A stretch of 64,000 bases of DNA from Magnetococcales bacterium (GCA_002753565.1 PEAM01000003.1:9828-73827), one strand, 5' to 3'. Shown: positions 27,267 to 37,310, numbered from the stretch's first letter. Notes: a model not told the origin generated them from the letters alone. Translations and numbers: made by a program.

Positions 27267-30200
27267 ATGCTGCCAAGCCACCCGGACGCCCGACGCTTCC
27301 TAGAGATGAAACTGTTCCATCATCTCTCCCACTTTCGAGCGTTGGAACATCGACTGCGCGCCTTACCGGAAGAGAGCGACAGAGAGTCTGCCTTTGCCCT
27401 GTTTGCCGAAGGTCTACTGACCATCCAAACCCTACCCCAAGCCACGGATGTTCTGCCTCAAGGGTCGTTAACCGCCGAGATTCGCCACCGACTATCTCTG
27501 CCAGAGGGCAGCCCGGCCCCCCAGGGGTATCTGCGTACCACAACCGGAGAGACCTACCCCTATTTTCTCCACTACACCCCTCAACGTACCCCCCTCACCA
27601 GCCAAGAGCTGGCACCGTTTGTTCAACTGATGCAAAACAGCCATCAGCCTCTGCTGTTTTCCAACGGGGCTGACCTGCCAAAAGCTCTGCACAAACAAGC
27701 GGGGTTTTGGCGTATTCTGGCGCCAGATCTTGACCGACTGACCGAGACAGACTTTAACAATTTTAATCGCTGGCTTCGGGGCGGTGGCATCACCCCTACC
27801 CGCAGCACCCCCACGGCCAGCCAAACCGAAAGACTGAATCAAATCCGCTCCATCACAACTCCACGGGCCATACTGGTCCCCCCACTGGGTGCCGAGGTGT
27901 GGCAGACAGCGCGTCATCTGCTGGAAAATATGGGCAGCCAACGCATTGGCCTGGTTATTCTCCCCTCCCAAAATCAAGTGCGAGAGCTGATCCACTTTTG
28001 GCGCAGGGAGAGCAGCTGGTCCACCCTTACCCCGCTGGTTGTCCTTCAGGGAACCGGCAAAACCAAACCGGCCGATCTAGACTATCCCATCACCCGCTCT
28101 CTGGCTGGGCTGCGCCATTTCTTTCATTGCCGGGTATCGAGCGGCACCAAGGTGATCTTGGGTACTGACGAACTGCTGCCACTGGTTCAGCGAGCCATTC
28201 TCGGCTTTCCCCCCATCGAAATGGCCTTGATTCTCGAAGCCCACAGACTGGAGACCCCTCAAGGAGAGAGCCTGAAAAAGAGCTTTTCAGAGAAGAGACT
28301 TCCCATTCAAAAACTTTTTTTCATCAGCTCCACCCCCCAGCGGATGAACCCCTTAAAGCCAAACAGAGAGGGTGAGATTCAACCACTCTACTCTTTTGGC
28401 AACCCCGAGCAGTATGGCCCGACGGTCTCTCTGGGCACCCTTCCGGCGGCTATCCAGAAAAAGAGCATCCGCCCTTGGAAAGTTCTGCTGCCCCTGGTTA
28501 TGGGTGAGCAAAACCATCCGGCCGCTCTGGCCCTCTGTGTTGATAAAAAGCCAACCGTGCGCCACATCCACACCCGTCATGCTTCGGCAAAAGAGGCCCA
28601 GGCTTTCGCCCAGGGGTGGTTGGAGAGCAGGCCGGAGAGCCTGAACCTTTTTACCCCCTTCTGTCTGGAGGGGCAAAAAGGTGCGGCGCAACTCGACCAG
28701 ACAATCGGCGACTATCACCACAGCTCTCACGCTTTACTCTCTCTGATCAACACCCCCGAGTTCGGCTTTGGCCTGCCCCAGGCCGACCTGATCTATTTTG
28801 TCCAAGGGGCCAGACGAGAAGAGCCTCACACCTTCCACCCGGTTCTCTCTCCACGCCAAGGGGAGCAGTCCGGGCTGATCGCCATTGCCCTTTTTCTTCC
28901 CACTCTTTCAGCCAGCCAACCACCCCAAGAGGGTTGGCTGGCAGCTCTGGACCGGTGTGACGACCTCTGGCTCTCTCTACAACTGTTTCGGGAGCAAGAT
29001 ACCACCTTTGCCGAGGAGCTGCGAACCATCCGCATCAACTGGGGTCGAACCGGGCGGTGGGAGTTGGAGCCGTTATCCCAGTGGCTGGAGCCTCTCTATG
29101 AGTTGGAGCCTGACCCCAAGATGACCCAGGCCATCCTGATCCACTGCACCCGAAGGCTCACCACCCTCTGGGATGAACGCTTTGGTCAACTGCTCGCCTT
29201 CCGAGACCGGTACAACCACTGTGAGATTCCTCCCCGCTGGGCCGACAACCCCGAACTGAGCCTCTGGGCGGAGCAGCAGCGTAAAACTCGCTACCAAGGT
29301 CGTTTGAGTGCCGATCGAATCAAAGAACTGGAAGAGATTGGCTTTATCTGGGACCCCAAAAAAGCTGCTTGGGAGAAACAGTTCAAAAACCTTCTGCTCT
29401 ATCGCTCCCAGCACCAACACTGCAAAGTACCCAAAGGGTGGACAGAAAACCCGGAGCTGGCGGACTGGGTTATTCAACAACGAAGAGCTTTCCAAAGTGG
29501 ACGACTGGAGCCGGAGTGGTCTCAACGTCTGGATGAGGTGGGGTTTGTCTGGGATCTGGAGGTGGAGGCGTGGGAGAGCGGCTTTGCCACCTTGAAAAAA
29601 TTTCGTCACCTGCATGGACATGCCCAGGTTCCCAAAGAGTACCCACAAAACCCCTCCCTGGGTGAGTGGGCAGAGAGCCAACGCCGGCAGGAGAAGAGCG
29701 GCAGGCTGGCCCCTGAACGGATTGAGCGACTGGATGGCCTCGGCTTTATCTGGAACTTGGAAGAGGCGGCTTGGGAGGAGCGTTTTCAACTGTATGAACG
29801 CTATCGTCAACTCCACGGTCACGGCAAGGTGCCGGACCGGGATAAAAACCTGCCCAAACTCTCCGACTGGGCCGCTGCCCAGCGTAAGGAGCAGGCCCGT
29901 GGCACCCTGGACCCCAGCCGAGAACAGCGTCTGAACGATGCAGGCTTTGTCTGGGACCTGGAAGCCACCGCCTGGGAAGAGGCGTTTGTCCGACTGAAAA
30001 GCTATAAGATCCAACATAACCACTGCACCCTCCCCGATAAAGGGCTTCCTGCGGGGTCTTTGGAGCAGAGCCTGAGCCAATGGTGTCAGGAGCAGCGTGC
30101 CTTGCGCCGTCGTGGTCGTCTGCATCCAACCCGCATCAACCGCCTGACAGCCCTGGGCTTTTGTTGGGACCTTAAAATAGCTGAGTGGGAAGCGATGTTT

Positions 30201-31382
30201 GCTGACTTTCTCTTTTTCAAACGGTGCCAGGGTCACGGCAAACTCCCAGACAGCTACAGGCCGAACCCTCTTCTGGGACAGTGGGCCAAAACCCAGCGTC
30301 GAGAGCGAACCATGGGCAAGCTGGACACAGAACGAGAGGGGCGACTGGAGGAGGCTGGCTTTGTTTGGGACCTGGAAGCGGCTGCTTGGGATGAGGGGTT
30401 CGAAAAACTGTGCCGCTACCACCAAAAAGAGGGCCATTTCAACCTGCCTCTCAAGCTGAAATCGGACCCTGACCTACCGCTGTGGGTGAAAAAACAGCGT
30501 AGTCTCTACAACAAAAAAAGCCTGAAGAGCTCCCGCAGAGAGCGGCTGGAGAAGATCGGCTTTGTCTGGGATATCCGCGAGGCCGCCTGGGAGGAGATGT
30601 TCCACGCCCTAGCCCAATTTACCCAGAGCCGTAACCACTGCATCGTACCGGCCAAATGGCCAGAGAATCCCCGTCTGGCTCAGTGGGTCAACAATCTACG
30701 TCGAGACTACAAAAAAGGTGTTTTACCCCAGGATAAGGTTGACCGCCTGACCAAGCTGGGCTTTCTTTGGGATGCCAAGGCGGTCTTTTGGGAGGAGATG
30801 TTTGCCGCCCTGACGGAATATCGGGATAGAAATGGCGACTGTCTGGTGCCGGAGAGCTACACAGAGAACAGTGAACTGGGTTGGTGGGTCTCCACCCAAC
30901 GCAAGGCCAACCTCTCTGGTCAACTAGACCAAGCACGGGTTCAGCGCCTGGATGCCCTCGAGTTTATCTGGGATATCGAAGACGCCAACTGGCTGGAGAT
31001 GTATCGGCAACTTTTTATTTTCGCTCAGAAAAACGGTCACTGCATCATCTCAAAATCCCGACCGGAAACCCTGCTTCTGGCCTCTTGGGCAGATGCTCAG
31101 CGTCAGGCTAAAGAGCAAGGAAAACTCTCGCAAGATAAGATCAACCGCCTCTCTGAGCTTCAGTTTATCTGGGATGCCAAACAGGTTGTCGTGGAGAAGA
31201 TGCTGATGGTTCTGCGTCGTTTTAAAGAGGAGCATGGCCATTGCAATGTGCCGATACAGGGGTCAAACTATTCTCAACTGGGTCTCTGGATTCAATTTCA
31301 GCGACAATCCTACCAAAAGGGGACTCTGGACCCACTCCGACAGCAAAAGCTTGAAGAGATGGGCATCTCTATGGATGGCTGA
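27267..31382 (+). CDS. Helicase-like N-terminal region (motifs apparently degenerate) plus 11 tandem helicase-associated (HA) domain repeats, 1371 aa
   Basis: The C-terminal 740 aa are repeats of the pattern W-E-x-x-F-x(5)-[FY]-x(4)-GH-x-x-[VI]P-x(7-11)-L-x-x-W-x(3)-QR-x(5)-G-x-L-x(3)-R-x(3)-L-x(3)-GF-x-WD. The N-terminus has SF2-like strings (IGLVILPSQNQVRELI, ALILEAHRL) but no clean Walker A in the expected place. Confidence 0.8.
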   Translation: MLPSHPDARRFLEMKLFHHLSHFRALEHRLRALPEESDRESAFALFAEGLLTIQTLPQATDVLPQGSLTAEIRHRLSLPEGSPAPQGYLRTTTGETYPYFLHYTPQRTPLTSQELAPFVQLMQNSHQPLLFSNGADLPKALHKQAGFWRILAPDLDRLTETDFNNFNRWLRGGGITPTRSTPTASQTERLNQIRSITTPRAILVPPLGAEVWQTARHLLENMGSQRIGLVILPSQNQVRELIHFWRRESSWSTLTPLVVLQGTGKTKPADLDYPITRSLAGLRHFFHCRVSSGTKVILGTDELLPLVQRAILGFPPIEMALILEAHRLETPQGESLKKSFSEKRLPIQKLFFISSTPQRMNPLKPNREGEIQPLYSFGNPEQYGPTVSLGTLPAAIQKKSIRPWKVLLPLVMGEQNHPAALALCVDKKPTVRHIHTRHASAKEAQAFAQGWLESRPESLNLFTPFCLEGQKGAAQLDQTIGDYHHSSHALLSLINTPEFGFGLPQADLIYFVQGARREEPHTFHPVLSPRQGEQSGLIAIALFLPTLSASQPPQEGWLAALDRCDDLWLSLQLFREQDTTFAEELRTIRINWGRTGRWELEPLSQWLEPLYELEPDPKMTQAILIHCTRRLTTLWDERFGQLLAFRDRYNHCEIPPRWADNPELSLWAEQQRKTRYQGRLSADRIKELEEIGFIWDPKKAAWEKQFKNLLLYRSQHQHCKVPKGWTENPELADWVIQQRRAFQSGRLEPEWSQRLDEVGFVWDLEVEAWESGFATLKKFRHLHGHAQVPKEYPQNPSLGEWAESQRRQEKSGRLAPERIERLDGLGFIWNLEEAAWEERFQLYERYRQLHGHGKVPDRDKNLPKLSDWAAAQRKEQARGTLDPSREQRLNDAGFVWDLEATAWEEAFVRLKSYKIQHNHCTLPDKGLPAGSLEQSLSQWCQEQRALRRRGRLHPTRINRLTALGFCWDLKIAEWEAMFADFLFFKRCQGHGKLPDSYRPNPLLGQWAKTQRRERTMGKLDTEREGRLEEAGFVWDLEAAAWDEGFEKLCRYHQKEGHFNLPLKLKSDPDLPLWVKKQRSLYNKKSLKSSRRERLEKIGFVWDIREAAWEEMFHALAQFTQSRNHCIVPAKWPENPRLAQWVNNLRRDYKKGVLPQDKVDRLTKLGFLWDAKAVFWEEMFAALTEYRDRNGDCLVPESYTENSELGWWVSTQRKANLSGQLDQARVQRLDALEFIWDIEDANWLEMYRQLFIFAQKNGHCIISKSRPETLLLASWADAQRQAKEQGKLSQDKINRLSELQFIWDAKQVVVEKMLMVLRRFKEEHGHCNVPIQGSNYSQLGLWIQFQRQSYQKGTLDPLRQQKLEEMGISMDG
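29169..31379 (+). repeat. Tandem coding repeat array: 11 HA-domain units, period 201 nt (one unit of 213 nt)
   Basis: The first codon (W/V) of each unit falls at 29169, 29370, 29571, 29772, 29973, 30186, 30387, 30588, 30789, 30990 and 31191. Confidence 0.9.
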
Positions 31383-31403
31383 CCTATTACACAAGGGGTA
31401 ATC

Positions 31404-31898
31404 ATGGCGCGAACCGACCCAAACAAGCCAACCACGGTCCGATTTTACCAGCTGGGACTCTCTTCCCTGGAGGCGGCGGTGACGGGTATTCTCACCAAAG
31501 CCTGGGAAAAAGGGATGAGAGCCACCCTGCTCACCCCTGGTCCCGATCCTACCCGCTATTGGGATAGCCTCTTGTGGCGTACACCGGCAGACAATTTTCT
31601 ACCCCACGGCCCGGATAACGGACCCGACCCGGACCGACAGCCGATCCTGATCGCCTCCAGCTTGAACGATCAAAATGGGGCCACCCTGGTGGTTCTGGCC
31701 ACCCCCCAACTGATCGAAGAGCCGGCAAACTACGATATGGTGGTGGACTTTGTCGATGGCAGCAGTCAGGAGGATTTGGCCGCCAGTCGCAAACGATATA
31801 AACAGTATCGAGAGTTGGGGTGTCATCTGGAGTATTGGGTTCAGGAACCAAACAGAGGCTGGAGCCTGAAAAACAGCACAGAGGCCACTCAGGGGTGA
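31404..31898 (+). CDS. holC: DNA polymerase III chi subunit
   Basis: VRFYQL..., KAWEKGMRATLL and LLWRTPADNFLPHG match the chi-subunit pattern. It starts 21 nt after the HA-repeat gene. Confidence 0.7.
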   Translation: MARTDPNKPTTVRFYQLGLSSLEAAVTGILTKAWEKGMRATLLTPGPDPTRYWDSLLWRTPADNFLPHGPDNGPDPDRQPILIASSLNDQNGATLVVLATPQLIEEPANYDMVVDFVDGSSQEDLAASRKRYKQYRELGCHLEYWVQEPNRGWSLKNSTEATQG

Positions 31899-31943
31899 CG
31901 GTCAACACAACCCTCGTCTCTTATGAAAGCTGTCCATAAAAAA

Positions 31944-32020
31944 AGGGGCTGGGGTCTTCCAGGGGGCGCTGCCCAAACCTGCTGGGAAGCATTCATGCCT
32001 TCCCAGACCTATCCCTTTTT
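31944..32020 (+). repeat. Partial copy (3' half) of the MITE/REP-like element family
   Basis: gggcgctgcccaaacctgctgggaagcattcatgccttcccagacctatccc matches the core of the copies at 47923, 50875 and 51095. It lies between convergent holC and leuA. Confidence 0.8.
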
Positions 32021-32022
32021 AG

Positions 32023-33708
32023 CTAGAACGCTCCCCCTCGCCTTTTCATACCCTGGCTCAACGCCCTGAGAACCGCATCCAGAGCCGACGTGGTGGTATT
32101 GGCATGCAGACCAACCCCAAAAACCGCCTCGCCCCCATCCAAAGAGAGAGAAACATAAGCAACCGCCTTGGCATCACGCCCCTCCCCAATTCCGTGCTGC
32201 TCAAAAGAGTTGATTTTAATCGGAACCCCAACAATCTCCTCCAACGCCCCAACCAACGCACTGACCGGCCCACTACCACGGGCGCTGAAGGTCGACACAT
32301 TCTCTTCATGCTGCAGTTTACCACTCAATCGGCAGCTCTCATCCGCCTCGGTGGTGGGTTGATGGTCGTAGGAGAGTAACTGGTAGCCATTGGGGGGTGG
32401 CAGATAGTTATCTTCAAAAGCCTGATAAATCTCCTCAGGCTGCAACTCTCGTCCCAAGCCATCGGCCATCTTCTGAACAATCTGACTAAAGGCCACAATC
32501 ACCCCAGCCGGCGGCCTGATGCCAAACCCATTCTCCAGCACAAAGGAGACCCCACCCTTACCCGACTGACTGTTGATTCGGATAAACGCCTCATAATTTC
32601 TTCCCAAGTGGTCGGGGTTGACGGGCAGATAAGGGACCGACCAATGGGTGGCATCCGAAGCTTTTAACGCCCGAAGCCCCTTCTGGATGGCATCCTGATG
32701 AGAGCCGGAAAAAGCGGTAAAAACCAACTCGCCTCCATACGGGTGCCGAGGATGGACCGCCAATCCCGAACAGCTCTCATAGGTATCAACAACCGCTTGA
32801 ATATCGGAAAGGTCCACCTTGGGGTCGACCCCCTGAGAAAACAGATTCATGGCCAAGGTGATCAAGTCCACATTACCGGTCCGCTCTCCATTACCAAACA
32901 GCGTCCCCTCCACCCGCTGAGCGCCCGCCATCACCGCCAACTCGGCGGCCGCCACAGCCGTACCCCGGTCGTTGTGAGGATGGACACTGATAACAGCCGC
33001 CTCCCGGTTGGGCAGATGGCGACAGAACCACTCAATCTGATCGGCATGGACATTGGGTGTTGCCGACTCTACCGTGGCTGGCAAATTGAGAATGACCGGA
33101 CGCGCCCGACTGGCTCCCCATGCCTCCATGACGGCGTGGCAGATCTCGACAGAAAAATCCAACTCGGTCGCACTGAAGCTTTCAGGAGAGTACTGCAGAC
33201 GAATGGTCGTATCGGTCTCCTGGGCCAGCTGATGAATAAGCTGGACACCCTTGACGGCCAGCTCGATAATCTGCCGACGGTCCATGCCAAAGACCACCTG
33301 CCGCTGAAGCGGAGAGGTGGAGTTGTAAAGATGAACAATAGCCTGCCTTGCCCCGGCAATGGCCTCAAAAGAGCGGCGAATCAGATGTTCTCGGGCCTGG
33401 GTCAACAGTTGAATGGTGACATTATCCGGGATATGATTTTCGGTGATGATCTCTCGGGTAAAGTCAAAGTCATCCTTGGAGGCCGCAGGAAAACCCACCT
33501 CAATCTCCTTGAAGCCGATCTGAACAAGCTGTTTAAACAGCCGTAATTTTCGGGCAGGATCCATGGGGTTGATCAGGGCCTGGTTACCATCACGCAGATC
33601 GACGGCACACCAGATGGGTGCTTGATCAATCACCTTCGAAGGCCAGAGCCGATCCGGCAACAAAACCGGCTTAAAAGGGCGATAGTGGTGGTGGGGCATG
33701 GTACTCAT
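32023..33708 (-). CDS. leuA: 2-isopropylmalate synthase (long, LeuA2-type)
   Basis: Motifs DLRDGNQ and HPHNDRGTAVAAAELA, plus a C-terminal LeuA dimerisation/regulatory region. The start is one of the ATGs at 33744, 33714, 33708 or 33699. Confidence 0.9.
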   Translation of the reverse strand: MSTMPHHHYRPFKPVLLPDRLWPSKVIDQAPIWCAVDLRDGNQALINPMDPARKLRLFKQLVQIGFKEIEVGFPAASKDDFDFTREIITENHIPDNVTIQLLTQAREHLIRRSFEAIAGARQAIVHLYNSTSPLQRQVVFGMDRRQIIELAVKGVQLIHQLAQETDTTIRLQYSPESFSATELDFSVEICHAVMEAWGASRARPVILNLPATVESATPNVHADQIEWFCRHLPNREAAVISVHPHNDRGTAVAAAELAVMAGAQRVEGTLFGNGERTGNVDLITLAMNLFSQGVDPKVDLSDIQAVVDTYESCSGLAVHPRHPYGGELVFTAFSGSHQDAIQKGLRALKASDATHWSVPYLPVNPDHLGRNYEAFIRINSQSGKGGVSFVLENGFGIRPPAGVIVAFSQIVQKMADGLGRELQPEEIYQAFEDNYLPPPNGYQLLSYDHQPTTEADESCRLSGKLQHEENVSTFSARGSGPVSALVGALEEIVGVPIKINSFEQHGIGEGRDAKAVAYVSLSLDGGEAVFGVGLHANTTTSALDAVLRALSQGMKRRGGAF

Positions 33709-34137
33709 TTTCATCTCCTTGACAAACAGACCGACAAGAGTCAAACAAAAAACGGGCCAGATAAGACCATCCAGGCTCTACTGTCGATCTGTTGGTTTTT
33801 TTGCGTGTTCTTAAAAAGTGTGCAGATACGCTCTGCCAGGCGTTAAGGTGAATCAGATAGTCGCCGCTACCGCGGCAGCAGCAGGGCGAGGGATAGGGTG
33901 CCACCCAAAAAAAGAAGGGGAAGAGAGGCCGCCTGAAGAGAGGCGCTATGACATTTAACGTTCGCCACTTGGGAAATGGTCCCTAACGATGGTAAGATGT
34001 CCGAAAATAAAAAAACGATCACAGGCCCCCAAAAAAACAGGCCATCAAAACTATTAGCAAAACCGGTACCTGTTGGTAAAGTATTTTTTTCTTTTTTAGC
34101 AAAACACCATCTTCAACTACCCCAAAGGAGGGTATCA

Positions 34138-34449
34138 ATGAGTAGGGTAAAAGCTTCTGTTTGTTGGCACTGTAAAGAGGTTCTATCCCCTGATCTGGGT
34201 CGAGGTTCCATCTGTTCTGGCTGCAAAAAAGATTCCCGAGTCTGTCTAAACTGCCGTTTTTATGACGCCCACTCCTATAATGAGTGCCATGAGAGTCAGG
34301 CAGAGCGGGTTATGAACAAGGAAAACGGTAACTTTTGTGACTATTTTTCCATCAATAAAGCCTCGGTCTCCTCCTCAAGAAAACAGTCCCGAAAACGGCC
34401 CACCAGCAAAACGGCCGCCCTCCAAGCGGCAGAAGCCCTCTTCAAGTGA
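34138..34449 (+). CDS. Cys-rich zinc-ribbon-like small protein (103 aa)
   Basis: ATG at 34138 is preceded by AAGGAGG (34125-34131). The Cys pattern is CWHC-x14-CSGC-x6-CLNC-x10-C-x17-C. Confidence 0.55.
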   Translation: MSRVKASVCWHCKEVLSPDLGRGSICSGCKKDSRVCLNCRFYDAHSYNECHESQAERVMNKENGNFCDYFSINKASVSSSRKQSRKRPTSKTAALQAAEALFK

Positions 34450-34477
34450 GGAGCCCATCTCAACAAGCTCCCCATCC

Positions 34478-35752
34478 GTGACCTCCCAACCCAAAACCGG
34501 TTTCACCTGCTATCAGGTGGGCGGCTCGGTGCGAGACCAACTGTTGGGCATTCCCAGCCAAGATCGGGACTGGGTGGTGGTAGGAGAGTCACCTCAGACA
34601 CTGCTCAACCTGGGTTACCAACAGGTCGGGGCCGATTTTCCGGTTTTTCTCCACCCCCTCACCTCTGAAGAGTACGCCCTGGCCCGCACCGAAAGAAAAA
34701 CCGGACCGGGTTATCGGGGGTTCTCCGTCTTGAGTGGGCCAGAGGTAACCCTGGAAGAGGATCTTATCCGTCGGGATCTGACCATCAACGCCATGGCCTT
34801 GGATTGTCAGGGGCGACTGATCGACCCCTTTGGTGGTGAGGCCGACTTAAATAGCCGTACCCTTCGCCACGTCTCTTCCGCCTTTGCCGAAGACCCCCTG
34901 CGGGTGGTTCGGGTGGCCCGTTTCATGGCCCGTTTTGCTCCTTTGGGTTTTACCATCGCCCCAGAGACTCAAACCCTTATGGGTCAGTTAGCCAACTCGG
35001 GCGCCCTGCAAGAGCTAACCCCAGAGCGGGTCTGGATGGAGACCCATAAAGCCCTGCTCTCCCCCTCACCCAGCCTATTTTTTAAAACCCTGCACCACAC
35101 CCATGCCCTCCAGGAGATCTTCCCAGAGTTAGCCGCCCTGGTTGGACAAGAGCAGGTGGCCAAATATCACCCTGAGGGGGATGCCTGGGAACACACTCTT
35201 CTCAGCCTGGAGGCCGCAACACAACTGAGTGACAAGCCAGAGATCCGCCTGGCGGCCCTGCTGCACGATTTAGGCAAAGGGCTAACCCCAGCCGAACAGC
35301 TTCCCCACCACTGCGGCCATGAAGCGTACGGTGCCAGAGAGGTTGCCTCCCTCTGTCAAAGACTGAAGATACCCAAATCATTTAAAAAACTGGCAACCAT
35401 GACCGCCCGACACCATCTGCACTGCCACCGCCTGCAAGAGATGCGGCCCAACCGCATTGTCAAACTGCTCAACCAGTTGGATGGTTTCAGAAATCCTCAG
35501 GGGATTGATGCCTTTGTTTTGGCCTGTACGGCCGATAAATGGGGCCGGGGAGCCAAGAGCAGGCACACCCCCTATCGAGAGGGGGAGCTGTTAAAAAGAT
35601 GTCTGGCTGCCTGCCAAAAAATTGATAACAGCCTCTTTTCAGCGGCTGGTTTACAGGGAAAAGCCTTCGGAGAGGCTCTCCATCACGCTCGAGTCAAGAC
35701 GGTAAACTCAATTAACAAACGATCACTTTCAACCCAACCCGAAGATAAATAG
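34478..35752 (+). CDS. cca: CCA-adding tRNA nucleotidyltransferase with an HD phosphohydrolase domain
   Basis: YQVGGSVRDQLLG, DRDWVVVG, RRDLTINAM and the HD region LLHDLGK. The start is uncertain. GTG at 34478 gives a normal N-terminus, whereas the track ATG at 34337 overlaps the upstream gene by 113 nt. Confidence 0.85.
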   Translation: MTSQPKTGFTCYQVGGSVRDQLLGIPSQDRDWVVVGESPQTLLNLGYQQVGADFPVFLHPLTSEEYALARTERKTGPGYRGFSVLSGPEVTLEEDLIRRDLTINAMALDCQGRLIDPFGGEADLNSRTLRHVSSAFAEDPLRVVRVARFMARFAPLGFTIAPETQTLMGQLANSGALQELTPERVWMETHKALLSPSPSLFFKTLHHTHALQEIFPELAALVGQEQVAKYHPEGDAWEHTLLSLEAATQLSDKPEIRLAALLHDLGKGLTPAEQLPHHCGHEAYGAREVASLCQRLKIPKSFKKLATMTARHHLHCHRLQEMRPNRIVKLLNQLDGFRNPQGIDAFVLACTADKWGRGAKSRHTPYREGELLKRCLAACQKIDNSLFSAAGLQGKAFGEALHHARVKTVNSINKRSLSTQPEDK

Positions 35753-35887
35753 ACACTTTATCTTTGCCTTTTCTTAACATCACCCCGTTACAATTTTTTA
35801 ACATCTTAATTTCCCTTAAAATTTCTCTTTTTATCCCGTAGAAAAGAGGGTAGAATCCTTCGCAATCAAGTTTTTGTGGGAGAATAA

Positions 35888-36202
35888 TTGATGATACACA
35901 ATCAGCACATGTATGACGGCATCACAGTCGAGAGCGAAACAGACTGCACGACCTATCACGTATTTGGCAGGTTTAACTATCTTTTAGCCAAACATTTGCT
36001 TAAAGAGTTTCGAAAGTCGACCTCTGAATATTATATCATCAACCTAAAACAGGTCCAATCAGTCGACGCTTCTGCAATTGGCACGATTGCTTATCTTCTT
36101 GAAAAAACAAATGACCTCAATGTGAGCATTATTATTGAGGAGTCCTGCGAACAGGTCAGGCAGGTGTTTAGTCGATCAAAAATAAAAACAGTCTATTCTT
36201 AA
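35888..36202 (+). CDS. Small STAS-like (anti-sigma-antagonist-fold?) protein, 104 aa
   Basis: AT-rich ORF. YIINLKQVQSVDASAIGTIAYLLEK resembles the STAS core. This is weak evidence. Confidence 0.3.
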   Translation: MMIHNQHMYDGITVESETDCTTYHVFGRFNYLLAKHLLKEFRKSTSEYYIINLKQVQSVDASAIGTIAYLLEKTNDLNVSIIIEESCEQVRQVFSRSKIKTVYS

Positions 36203-36217
36203 CCCCCCTCCCCTCAG

Positions 36218-36517
36218 CTAGCCCCAGATTTTAACCGCACCAACCACCAAAAACAGCACTCCGACCAAAAAAGTGGCGTAATGAAAAAGGGCTATGGGGT
36301 CTTTGGAGAGCCGTAGCTCGAAGGGAAGGTAGGGGAGGATGATCTCGTCGCGTTTGACCCCGCAACTGCCGGTCACACAGAGATGTTGCCCCGAAAAGAG
36401 ATTGAGCAGGGCGTTGATCGCCACACCATTCAATATCATCCCCATACCCGCCCATTGATAGGCCATCAGAGCCGCGATGGTGCAGATGAAAAAACGTATT
36501 TCTCGCAAACTAATCAT
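36218..36517 (-). CDS. Small membrane protein (99 aa from the ATG at 36517)
   Basis: GGAGAG lies upstream of the ATG at 36517. There are three hydrophobic segments and no family call. Confidence 0.35.
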   Translation of the reverse strand: MISLREIRFFICTIAALMAYQWAGMGMILNGVAINALLNLFSGQHLCVTGSCGVKRDEIILPYLPFELRLSKDPIALFHYATFLVGVLFLVVGAVKIWG

Positions 36518-36721
36518 GATCTCTCCAACAAACGTCCAACCCCAAGCGGGAGAAGTTGGCACCAAAACAGCGCGATCCCCTTGCAAAGTTACCACCGAAC
36601 TAAGATGATGGAAGAGGTAGCGACATCCAACCGATAGGACAACAGAAACACCAACGGATTCGAACGGGTGCCGGGTCAACCAGCCCCAAACAACACGCCA
36701 GAGTGAAAAGAGAGCGTTAAC

Positions 36722-37291
36722 GTGACTATCGTCGTCAATCTCAGTGTCTTATCCCTGTTAAGTTTTATGCTGTTTCAAATTGCCCGCCAAGGGTTAATCG
36801 ATCTGGAGCAGGGAATAAGCGGCACCATTATTTTCACCTCCATCATTGTCATCTATCTGGTGGTGATTTTTCGGATGATCTTTCACAACCTGGCTGAAAA
36901 AAAAGACCACCAAAGCATCCACTTTTTCTTTACCGAAGAGGCCCAAAAACAGTTCAGAGGCCGCCCAGACCACGTTGTCAAAACCGTCTCTTGGATTGTC
37001 GCCCTCTGTTGGGCCGTTGTCGTCACCCTGCTCGCCTCTCTCCACGAGGCCTCGCCCCCCATTCAAGAGGTGGCATCCCTTGGAATCGAAACTGCTGTTC
37101 CTCTGTTTTCTGCCGGCTGGAACCCTACGTGGGCCCATTTTGCCTATCTGCTCACCCTTCTGGTCTCTCTACTCTCTGCGGTTGGCCTTTTTTTGCAGAG
37201 TCGGCGAAACAGACGTTTGACAGACCGCTACCCCCCCAGTCTGGTCACTATTTTTCTCATCTCCCTCATCGCCTCAATCTATTTCTACTAA
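36722..37291 (+). CDS. Hypothetical membrane protein (189 aa, about 5 TM)
   Basis: Track ORF (GTG start; alternative ATG at 36767) with hydrophobic segments throughout. Confidence 0.45.
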   Translation: MTIVVNLSVLSLLSFMLFQIARQGLIDLEQGISGTIIFTSIIVIYLVVIFRMIFHNLAEKKDHQSIHFFFTEEAQKQFRGRPDHVVKTVSWIVALCWAVVVTLLASLHEASPPIQEVASLGIETAVPLFSAGWNPTWAHFAYLLTLLVSLLSAVGLFLQSRRNRRLTDRYPPSLVTIFLISLIASIYFY

Positions 37292-37310
37292 CAGATATTC
37301 TGGGATCACC

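Noticed and set aside
26800-27543. 247-aa minus-strand ORF spanning the aldolase/SDR 3' end and the HA-gene 5' end
   Set aside because: It is antisense to two well-supported genes, Gly/Arg-rich, and typical of a shadow ORF in GC-rich coding DNA.
29073-30437. 454-aa minus-strand ORF
   Set aside because: It lies entirely antisense to the HA-repeat array. Its own periodic sequence is the mirror image of the 201-nt coding repeat, and it has no start context or recognisable domains.
33867-33968. Leu-rich 33-codon frame upstream of leuA (…SLPLLFLGGTLSLALLLPR-stop, three consecutive CTG just before the stop), considered as a leucine leader peptide
   Set aside because: It has only a GTG start and no Shine-Dalgarno sequence. 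I could not fold a convincing terminator/antiterminator between it and the leuA ATG, so it may be chance in GC-rich DNA. It is worth a covariance or attenuator scan but is not supportable from here.
34337-34477. ATG at 34337 as the cca start (track ORF of 471 aa)
   Set aside because: It would add a ~47-aa Pro/Ser-rich leader not seen in CCA enzymes and overlap the zinc-ribbon gene by 113 nt. The in-frame GTG at 34478 gives the expected N-terminus just before YQVGGSVRD. This remains uncertain.
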